A stretch of 42,033 nucleotides of DNA. Origin: Dimargaris cristalligena. Its lineage: Eukaryota. This document shows, one piece after another, positions 32,840 to 42,033 of this stretch. The position numbers and the translations under genes were made by a program. The stretch is taken from NCBI GenBank assembly GCA_003614675.1, contig ML002321.1, forward strand, positions 1 to 42,033, read 5' to 3'. The notes under the pieces were generated by a model that was given only the letters and a program-made list of their open reading frames with translations, had not been told where the DNA came from and did no database searches. The first letter of the stretch is position 1. Each line of letters starts with the position of its first letter.

Positions 32840-35272
32840 TTAGACAAGATGGAAGGTGCGAATAGTGCCATGGCTGCTGGCCGCTAGCAGCACATCGGCG
32901 TCTGGTTTCCAGCAGACTGCGCTGACAAACGACGGAGTGGCCGGGTTGGTGGGGGTGGGGAGCACCTGGTTGGTGGTGGACGGGAGTTCCTGATCAAAGG
33001 GGGTGCGAAAGACGGGTTGGGACAAGGCGCGGTGGTAAGTAAAGACGCAGTTAGTTTCACTGCCGCAAGTGATCCAGTCATTACGGACGGATAGCCCCAC
33101 GAAATTCTTTTCGTTGGTGTGGCCACGGTAAGTGCGTTGTCCGATGCCCAGGGGGTTGGATTCCGGGATGCCGTGGGTCAGGGCTTGGGCTTGGGCGTTT
33201 TCAGTGGGCGAGTCGAGCGTTGGCGATCCGTCAAATACGGACCTGGGGCGGTCCAGTGACCACGTCTTGAGACTGTTATCGATGGAGGCCGACACCAATT
33301 CCCGGCCGTTGATAAACCGGACGAAGGATACGGCTTTGCGATGGCCCTTCAGGGTGGTCACCGGTGTATTCGGGTTGCGTAAATCGTAGTAATAGATATG
33401 GTGATCCGCCGTACCCAAGGCTAGGCAGTGACTCACCGTCGGGTTAAACTGCACGCAACACACATTCGCCCGGCCGTCTAGGGTGAGGGCCGACTGCGAC
33501 TGGCGCATGCACCATATTTTCACTTTGGTATCGTCGCCCCCGCTGGCCAGACGGTTTGGGTCAGTTCGGCTGAAGTCGAGCGACCAGATTCGCTTGGCAT
33601 GTTCGGACCAGGTCAGGGTTTCGACTCCGGTATGGGCATCCCAGAGGGTGACCACCCCTGTGTAGTCCGAGTTGGCGATCAGCGATTTGACGTAGGGGTT
33701 CCAGGAGAGGCAGCTGATTTTATTCCGGCAGGTGAGCTCGTAGGTGGGATAGTAGTGGGGGAGGAGGCCGTCGTCCGTCAATGACCGGGAATCCGGCCGG
33801 TCGGACTGGACCTGGTCATCGACCGGGCCGTAGTGGGACTCGGCCAGCGCAGCCATATCCCGGGCGGTCGTGCTGTTGATGAGCCGTTGGATTCGGTCGT
33901 AGGCAAATACCCGGATCCGGTTATTAACCCCAGCCGTGGCAAAATACTCGCAGTCCCGGTCGAATCCGATACTTGCAATAATCGCTGATGACCGGGTACC
34001 TTCACCGATACGTAGAGTAGCCAGGTGGCGCAGTTGTTTGGACGACGCGCAGGCGGCTAGCGTACGGCTGAATTGATTAAGCAGGTTCGGTTCGTACGGC
34101 GCCTTGAGCCGGTGTTCAAAATAGTCGAGCTGCAGGTCCTCAAAGTGCTGGGTAATTCGCTCGGTTTGGAAGTCAGCCAGCAGGGGACCCGCCAGTTCAT
34201 TGGAGGCCTGGTGGGGCACGAGAGAGAGCGATGGATCGGAGTGATCGTATTCAATCTGCTTAGCGCTAATCGGGGCGGATAGGGTGGGGACATGAGGGCT
34301 TTTGGCGGAGGTCAAAGCGGGCTCGTGGCCCAGGCCATGGAGGGACATTTGGGTGTCCGTGATGTCCTTTTGCACACATGCCAGCTCCTGCTGCAGCATG
34401 ACCAGCAGCTCTTCCTGGCTCGCCTTGGCTTTATTAAGGAACACCAGGAGTGCAGAGAGTTCGGTCCGCTTGGCCTGATCCTGAAGGGCTCGGCGCTGGT
34501 TGAGTAGGAGGCCCAGCAGGATGTCAATGTCCTCGGGTCGGTTCCACGACTGCGTCTGCAGCACCTCTTGGGCCCGCTGAAAGGCCGGTGGGAAAGGAGC
34601 CCGGGCCGGCGGCCGTGTGCGTTCCAACAGGTGATTGAGGGCGTAATTAGGGAATATCTGGTTAGACTCCAGGGCGGCCCGGCAGTTGGGGCAAGTGGCG
34701 GACCGGCGGAGGTGGCGGGATATACAGGTGTAGCAGAATGAGTGACCACACGCGGTCACATGGGCCTCCGATATAGTTTGGAGGCAAATGGGGCACTGGG
34801 TACTGCAGTCGGGCTCAGCCAAGCCTTTGGCCGATTCGAAGGGGGATAGAGCATGGTCGTCGGCCGAGGGCGACTGGGAAGACTGTTGGCCAAAGGTCAG
34901 CGACTGGCTATTGGTGGACAAATGGGCCGGTGACGAGGCGACACTGTTGAGGGCCGGGACTGCCCGACTGGGGTAGTGGCGTTTAGTGCTGCGTTCGTCT
35001 ACGCTGGTGAACCGCCGTGGCCGCCGATTCCGGGGAATGTAATAGGGGTTAAACCGGGCATGTTGCCAGGCCGGAAGTTGGTTCTGGGCTCCCGCCCTGG
35101 TCCCAATCAAAGCGGTATGGGTGGCGGGGGGAAGGTGGCCGGTTGGTAGACTTGAAGGGGCATTATCTTGGACAATGGGGCTGGTAACGGGAGAGGCGGT
35201 GGTGGGTGGTGGCAACGGTGCGACGTTAAATTCCGACGAGACATTAGGAGCCTTGGAAGACGGATTGTCCAT
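32840..35272 (-). CDS. COP1: COP1/RFWD2 E3 ubiquitin ligase (C3HC4 RING, coiled coil, WD40 propeller), ~810 aa
   Basis: Intronless from ATG 35272; an upstream exon is possible (acceptor-like TTTTTCTTTAG at 35349). RING CPICLQTISEAHVTACGHSFCYTCI...CPNC. COP1-specific WD40 motifs: SIGFDRDCEYFATAGV, KISCLSWN, EHAKRIWSLDFS, ANVCCVQFNP, ADHHIYYYDLRN, GHRKAVS, RGHTNEKNFVGLS, CGSETN, FVSAVCWK. Confidence 0.93.
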   Translation of the reverse strand: MDNPSSKAPNVSSEFNVAPLPPPTTASPVTSPIVQDNAPSSLPTGHLPPATHTALIGTRAGAQNQLPAWQHARFNPYYIPRNRRPRRFTSVDERSTKRHYPSRAVPALNSVASSPAHLSTNSQSLTFGQQSSQSPSADDHALSPFESAKGLAEPDCSTQCPICLQTISEAHVTACGHSFCYTCISRHLRRSATCPNCRAALESNQIFPNYALNHLLERTRPPARAPFPPAFQRAQEVLQTQSWNRPEDIDILLGLLLNQRRALQDQAKRTELSALLVFLNKAKASQEELLVMLQQELACVQKDITDTQMSLHGLGHEPALTSAKSPHVPTLSAPISAKQIEYDHSDPSLSLVPHQASNELAGPLLADFQTERITQHFEDLQLDYFEHRLKAPYEPNLLNQFSRTLAACASSKQLRHLATLRIGEGTRSSAIIASIGFDRDCEYFATAGVNNRIRVFAYDRIQRLINSTTARDMAALAESHYGPVDDQVQSDRPDSRSLTDDGLLPHYYPTYELTCRNKISCLSWNPYVKSLIANSDYTGVVTLWDAHTGVETLTWSEHAKRIWSLDFSRTDPNRLASGGDDTKVKIWCMRQSQSALTLDGRANVCCVQFNPTVSHCLALGTADHHIYYYDLRNPNTPVTTLKGHRKAVSFVRFINGRELVSASIDNSLKTWSLDRPRSVFDGSPTLDSPTENAQAQALTHGIPESNPLGIGQRTYRGHTNEKNFVGLSVRNDWITCGSETNCVFTYHRALSQPVFRTPFDQELPSTTNQVLPTPTNPATPSFVSAVCWKPDADVLLAASSHGTIRTFHLV

Positions 35273-35497
35273 TGTGATTTGGCTGGGCCTACGGAAGCGG
35301 CCAAGTGGACTATAGTAGGTGGTTTGGGGTATACGTATGGGTGAATATCTAAAGAAAAAGTAAATAGTGAACAGGGAAATGCGAGGCTGCGAGTTTAGCG
35401 ACTGGGGGCCAAACAAGGGTGGGTAGGGGGGTATGTAGGGCAGGAAAGGGTTGAAGGTAGGGAAAGTCTTGCCAGGCGGGAGGAGGGCAGACTTGAT

Positions 35498-35520
35498 GTA
35501 TATATATATATATATATATA
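35498..35520. repeat. (TA)n microsatellite upstream of COP1
   Basis: Read directly from the sequence. Shorter (AT)n tracts also occur near 27100, 38550 and 40985. Confidence 0.9.
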
Positions 35521-37592
35521 ATGTGTATCGTTGAAAAAGCTACGGGTCAGCGAGGGAGGATTTAAGCATGTTAAATTAATTGAAAGGGAAAAGGGATTAT
35601 GTACAGATAGACTATTTTATTGAAGAGAAGAACGACGGGCGAAAAGGCTGTTGCCCAAAAGCCAGCCCTATAACTTACTTTATTTCCCTTGTCTTCCTGG
35701 CCTTGGCACCTACCGGTACAGCAGGTCTGAATCCAAGTATTTAAAAGGGGGAGGGGTTATTGTCAAGGACGTGCGTATGGCCGAATATTCCATGCCAGGA
35801 CGTCCAGTTCATTTTAATTTGCTCGCTCCCAACGCGTTGTGTGCAACCCTTGGAGTCGATGCTTGGCTTCGTACCAGGTCCTCTCAGTTGGTACGTTGCG
35901 GTGGCACCATTCCATTAACATGGTAGATGGTCCCGAAAGGCCGCAAGTACTGGACCTATATGTTCCTTGCTAGATCGGAAATAATCAATCCTTCATCCCT
36001 TCTCCATCCACAATCAGAGACCGAAACCCCCGTTTAGCTATAAAGCATGGTTGTATTAGCGGATCTCCGCCTCAACTGACCAGCTGCGTGGTACATGGTT
36101 TGGCACCCAAACAGACATCCCTCATGGCCGAAGGGGGAAGCAGCAGCCGGCACATCCCTTCATTCTCATCGTCCCTTATCTATTCGGTATTTTCGCAGTG
36201 CATGGTCCACCACATATGTCCATTTTCCAAGTCAAGGAACCGCTTGGTTAAAAATTGACATCCCGTGAATTCCATCTAGTAATACAAAGTAGAAAATATA
36301 CCAATAAAACTTACAGTATATCATGGTGGCTAGGGCCTTACAAATCCCCTTTAATAGATTTCCATTGTGCGATACCATGGCCAATCTGGCTCCGTTTTAG
36401 GGTATAACAATAGTGGGAAATTACCCTTTGGGTAATAAATACGCCGAGTTCTGAGTGCTAAAGCCCCATTCCTATTGGCCTTGTTGGGATACCAACGCAC
36501 CTCGATTCGGACACCACCAATGAGAACTGCCGCTTCACTGGTATATTTTCAAATAATTAAATGGTCAAATCATTTTGGATTTTGCTAAAATATTAAATAT
36601 ATAAATCAACCTAATGGCGGGGTGGTTGTCTGGCTGACTAGCTCCGAAATCCACACGGGGGTATATAGCTTGGGTACTCTAAAGCAGACTGTCGCTACCC
36701 ATGGCCTCGAGCCTATCCTCGTCAGCATATTTATTTGAAGGGCGTAAAAATGGATTGGCATTTGTCCACCTACACCACCAAGTACAATTGATAATGTGAT
36801 CTATTCAGGGTTCGAAGTAGTTAGCAAGCCAGGGTATATACAACATACGGGTTAGCTTTCGCATTTGGCTTATCTCTTTTGAAAAGGGGCTGGCTTTGCC
36901 TAGCCCCAAGTCATTCAATGCCCGATTTGCCTACACCCGGCAGCTGCCACAGAATCCTGGTTTGTCTGTATTTATTTATATACGATGGAGAGCCCGTAAA
37001 ATGTTTATTTGTATCCTAGTACCCACCGTGTTTTCCTTCTTTCTAATTATTCCCGGACCAGTTAGTTAATTTAGTTATCCAATTATATTTACATCTGCCC
37101 GAGACTTTAATCGCTGTAAGCATACAGTTGCATTTACGCTAGTAACGAAAGAGGGACTGCCTATTAGGCACGAAATACAAAAATAAACAAAAAACATAGG
37201 CTGCCAACTAGTAGCGGTAGAACGGTACATCTGACCATCCTACTGCGGACTCCAACATGTGTTGGCCGTATTGCCATTTCTAGGATAATTTCACCTATTC
37301 AACCCTATGCAACCCCCTCGGAATCTGAGCGGCTATAGCGGAAACTAATAATACAGACGGGTTTATTGGCAGGCTAATGTGGGAGTGGAATTCCATACGG
37401 GCCACCGAGAAAAAGTAAGTACAGACAAGATAAGATAAGATAATAATTATTCGACTCATTAGTTGTTGCAGGACCACTATTGATAAGGAGGTCGATGGAG
37501 AGGCGAGGAGTGACTGTTAGAAAGGCAATCCACGGACAAGCGCCCCGTTCCGTCGAGCAACACTGGGAGAGGATTCGATATATGTAATTCAT

Positions 37593-38310
37593 TTAGAAGC
37601 GCACGTAGGCATTGAGGCAGGTCAATTGATCACCCTGGCTTTTAGTCTGCGAATCCTTGGTATCGGGCAGACGGGCGATGGCGTTGACAGTGTAGATACC
37701 CTAAACAATATCAAGCAATGCAACAGAGAGCAGAGAAAGACCGACCCAGCAATGTTGGTTAGTAAAGTAGCCAAAGGTGATTTTTGAGAAGAGGGAGCCG
37801 AGGGGCGCGGTTGGCGACGAATGTAATACAGATGGCGTAAATAATTCCTATCAATAAAAAAGGACTTACCGGGGGGATTTCCTTGGGGATGTCGACCTCC
37901 TTGCTGAAGCGAATGTCGCCCTCCTCAATGGGGCACTTAAGCCCGATTTCGCCAACCAGGTCGCACAGGTCAAAGCGGCGAGTCAGCAGCTTGATGAGGC
38001 CATACTTGACAGACACATCGATATAACTGCCGTTGACGACGCGTTGGTTGACATGGCCAGAGCCTTCGATGAAGAGCTTTTGGCCCTTGTGGGGGGGATC
38101 GGGGTTCAGGCGGACCGACTCGATGGTAACTAAGTCCTGGTCATTACCACAGTAGTAGAGGCTTTTTCCCAGAGGGGTACCAGTGGGGGGGCGATTGAGG
38201 GACTGGCTGCCGAACTTGGGCCAGGTTACGGTGTCTTTGAGGACAGGCAGGACGTCAAGCAGTTGGGCACCGGCCAGACTTACAAGTGAAAGGACCACGA
38301 GGGCTTTCAT
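37593..38310 (-). CDS. NPC2: ML-domain phosphatidylglycerol/phosphatidylinositol (sterol) transfer protein, 182 aa
   Basis: Exons 38310-37870 and 37700-37593. Signal peptide, LYYCG, LNPDPPHKGQKL, VKYGLIKLL..FDLCD, KCPIEEG, DIPKEIPPGIYTVNA, QLTCLNAYVRF. Confidence 0.95.
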
Positions 38311-40713
38311 GGTGAGAATAGTTGTTGAGAAGGGCAGAAGGGTAGTGTAATGGGTAGAAGAGCCTACGGTGAAGAAGCTCGGGGATGTGGGAGAGACAGA
38401 TAGAACTAAAGTAGAGGAGAGGGGTTGGGAGAAAGGGATGAGACAGGGTCGCTGGGAGAGGGAGCGTGTACGCGGTGGCTGGATAGACAGCGCCAGCGGG
38501 TGATAGTTTTATACTTGAAAGTACTTTCTTATAAAAGTAATAGGTATTATTATATATATATCGTCCCACTGGTGGCGGTAAATGACAGGGTTGAGGGGTC
38601 ATGTGATAGGGGCGATGGTCCCAACAGCCCAAGGGATATGGCAATCCTGCTAAATGGGTCTGAGGAGAGGGGGGGGGATTGCCACTGATGCTCCCCCCTC
38701 TCACTCTTTATAGATATTAGTATACACTGCTTATAAAAGCAGCCTGCGCCACCACAGGGGCTTAATGGAATCAAATTCTAATTTCCTATACATAGGTTTA
38801 ACACAATCAATTAACTATCCGGAGATATTTCATTTGTTGGATAGCGATTAGCCATATAAAAAATAGAAGTTACTTCGACTTCTGTTATTCGGCCCAGCTA
38901 GATTCCAATGCACCTGCTCAGCCCCCTACTGACCGTCGACAGCTTTCCCCTTTGACATGTCCACGCTCCCGGTTACAAGCCTCAGGCATTATCCCAGAGA
39001 GAGGAGCCCTGCCGATATTACTCCACGAAATAAGTATGGGTTTATCTATAATATCTGGTCACCAATATATTGCTGTTAGTATGGTGCGAGGCAAATGTGT
39101 CTATGGGTTTCCATCATTTTTCCAAACAAGCCTTACCAAGTAAGGAGTGTAGTGAGGGGGACCCGTACCTTGACCAGCCAGTGGTGTTATTATATATCTT
39201 TCCGATTTTTATCGATTAATGCAAATGCTAAACTAGCGGGGCCACATAGGCCTCTGTATACACAATCGTAAAAATCTAGCCAAAAACTATATAGGTATGG
39301 TCTATCCTAGTCGCTTTGTTTTTCATGAATCTTCTATTACGCTACTAACATGAAATATTATTCATATATATTTAAGCGATTGCGAGGGGTTTTCCCTTGG
39401 AACGTCACTAAATCACGGTAGCCACTTTGGTCATGCAATTGACAGTTCATTTTCCGCTTGACTGTCACTTTGTCATGCAGGCTTAGGTCAATAAACATAC
39501 CTATCATTTTGTTATATTGTTTAGGGGTATAAGGCCCCACCTGGGTGCCGCCCAGATAGAATGAAGAGAAAGTAGCTATAGAACTCGATCCATTGTGAAC
39601 CAACATACACCAGTCCATTTTTCCTTGCAACGGGTATTGCAAAACTCAGGTTAATGGCATTCACGGACCTGGACACGGGTTGGCATGGATGAAGTTGGCA
39701 ATGATGGGGGGGTAGGCAAATTTGGCCTATTCCAGTTACTTGGGTGTCATTGGATCGGCCACTAACTAGTGCTCATGCTACTCAACATACCCCTATGATC
39801 ATTCATAGTTAAACGGGACGGGGGGGGACCAAAATAGTATTTTATCGCGCCCCACAGCAACCCTTTACCGCTGTTCCTTGTTCTTCATCTATCATAAGGT
39901 TGTTAATATAAGGGTTGTGTGTCTATCGTTGGCTATTATAAAAAAACTGTACATAGTTTCGCGCAGGAATGGGTGGGTTACATTTGCTTACTATATTAAA
40001 CACCACTTAAAACAAGTGCCCTAGCCAAAGGCTTGCTCAAGAAACTAGGGATTGGGCATCCGGCTTGGGCTAATATTTAGGTGAGTATTATATAGCTGCG
40101 GTCTAAATACCTGTAAGTCAACTGCCATTAATTTGATCAATATATATTATTTACTGAATACTTATATTTATTATTTAGCATATCACAGACTACAGTTATT
40201 ATACTTATTAGTGACTCTATTTGTGGTTTTGGCGCACCCAATGCCTGCAATTTGGGTGTTATGCTAAAATAATTGAATATTCTCTCTATGTCCTTGCTAG
40301 CTCTGGTGAATATATGTTTCGGCTGGAATAGGTGTTATTGCCTTGATCTAACTCTTGGAAAATGTTCTTAATGGAATCTATACGCCAGGGGAAGTATCAA
40401 ATGAAGAATAAGAGTCAAGATGCAATGAGAACCCAATTCCCCCTTCACTAACGTATTTAGTACGCGGGTTACTTAATTAATTCTGTAAATATAGAGACCA
40501 GACGAACCAGAGTAGAATACATACAGCCTTAATTATAAGGTATTGAATTTCCCAACACCCATGTGTTCAGGGCTTAAAATTGGTTGAATGTTATAGTGGT
40601 GCCAATAGTTTGCTATGCTAGATATATACTCACTAGGGCTTGTGGGCATAAACTCCGGCTGAATGGACTACCCATATGTAAGAGCAGCCCTTGGGGCTGG
40701 TTGTTTCAAGCCG

Positions 40714-42010
40714 ATAAGTCTAATGTTAATAGGCAGTGTCTTGCAACCTGGCTGCCTGGGTGGAAATGTTCAATTTTGGAAGGCCATTAGGATGAGTACA
40801 AGGCTAAAGTAAAATATAATTATGAGGATACAATGAAAACAGCTGAAAATAGTAGGCAATAAACTGGCCATGTCAGTCTCTATTCAGGGTTGCCAGCCAT
40901 GCAGCAATCTGGGGGATTACTGGGGTCTTCATCAACCCACTCAACCTCATAACCAATGGTAAGCCTGGCCTAGCCATTAGATATATTATATATATATACT
41001 TTGTAATACCCACCTTGGCTGGTGACTATTCCATGGACCAGATATAAAGGTATGCTTGAATGCCATCTATTGAAATCCATCTGCCCTGATTTCAAATATG
41101 AAAGGAAACACAGGTGAATGTGCTGGTATTTTCAAGTAGTCAAGGTAGAAGTGAAGGTGCATTTCATTATAGATGAGCTGAAATAAGCCATGGTGGTGAA
41201 CAAAAACCACTTTTTATTGCCTTCTGATAGAAACCAAGAATAATTACCCATCCCACCAAGTCCCCTCTTGGACCCTGACCTGCCCTTTGCTTAGCAAAAA
41301 GGGACCAGCAGCATCAGCAAGAGGTAAAATGGGCAACTATAAGTAATTACCTTTATTGTAATAGTATATGGGTACTGCATAGTACTAAGACCAATAGAAA
41401 GTCAGTTTATGCAAGCCAGCCATAGGCCAAAGAAAATTTGGAGAACCCATTCCAAAATAGCTGGGTCCCTCAGGCATCCTGCTGACCATTGAGCACCACC
41501 TACATTAATGCACCGGCAGTGAGGATCCTCATCATATTTCTTTTCCAACTAGAGTCTACCAGAGATGCTTACCCTGCTATTCAGGACAAGGGCAGCAGAT
41601 CCCCACTCCCCTTGGTGACCCAGGCCTGGGCACCAACTCCTATGGCCAAGGTGATGGTTAGTTATCCAGGTGCCATTGCAGGGTCTAGTTCCATTAACCT
41701 TAGTTGAACAATGCCCTTGGAAATTACTTGGGGCCATGCTGCAAACATAGGGATGGTAGCCAACCCTACTACACCCCCCTTTAAGATGCTACAGCCTCTT
41801 AATACCAACCAACCACTACATAGAGACTGCAATCTGCTTAGGCACTTCCAAAACACATATAAATTCCACCCCCTTTCTCTCTTCCCAAAAATTATCATTA
41901 ACTGCAATGTCCTCTACAACTCCACTTGACAACTGTCTTACCTTACTACCTGTGGTGAACTTACCACATTTTTTACCTACTTTTATTTTTTATCTATTTT
42001 TTGCACTTAT
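40714..42010. pseudogene. CpG-depleted decayed sequence (probably a methylated repeat/TE or duplicated-gene remnant) with a stop-interrupted + strand ORF at ~41400-41930
   Basis: One CpG (41514) in ~1.3 kb. ORFs 41489-41707 and 41711-41929 are in the same frame, separated by a TGA. The family is not identified. Confidence 0.55.
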
Positions 42011-42033
42011 CGGAAGTATGCCCCTGACGAGTA

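Noticed and set aside
38800-40700. Short ORFs in the AT-rich region upstream of NPC2
   Set aside because: No recognisable motifs, no codon bias and no consistent splice model.
41483-41929. In-frame TGA codons read as selenocysteine
   Set aside because: No selenoprotein motif or SECIS is evident, a TAG is also present, and CGA>TGA decay in a CpG-depleted block explains the stops.

Overview
Gene-dense eukaryotic DNA, most likely from an early-diverging (non-Dikarya) fungus. The gene content and GC-rich exons suggest Zoopagomycota, but this is an inference. I reconstructed 15 protein-coding genes by hand, joining exons across GT-AG introns: Sfp-type phosphopantetheinyl transferase, eIF5A, VPS25, PHS1, homogentisate dioxygenase, cardiolipin synthase, a Hul4/HECTD2-like HECT ligase, NADH pyrophosphatase (with a 10-nt microexon), a GPR107/108-like protein, the TFIIIC tau60/TFC8 subunit, BRX1, an orphan 7TM GPCR-like protein, TMEM18, a plant/animal-type COP1 RING-WD40 ligase and NPC2. 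The most notable items are: (1) a complete COP1 with an apparently intact VP-peptide pocket and a candidate autoinhibitory VP motif; (2) a ~1.3 kb right-end segment with one CpG and a TGA-interrupted ORF, consistent with a methylated, decayed repeat; (3) the orphan GPCR-like gene; (4) consistently long branch-point-to-3' splice-site spacing. No rRNA, tRNA or CRISPR was found.
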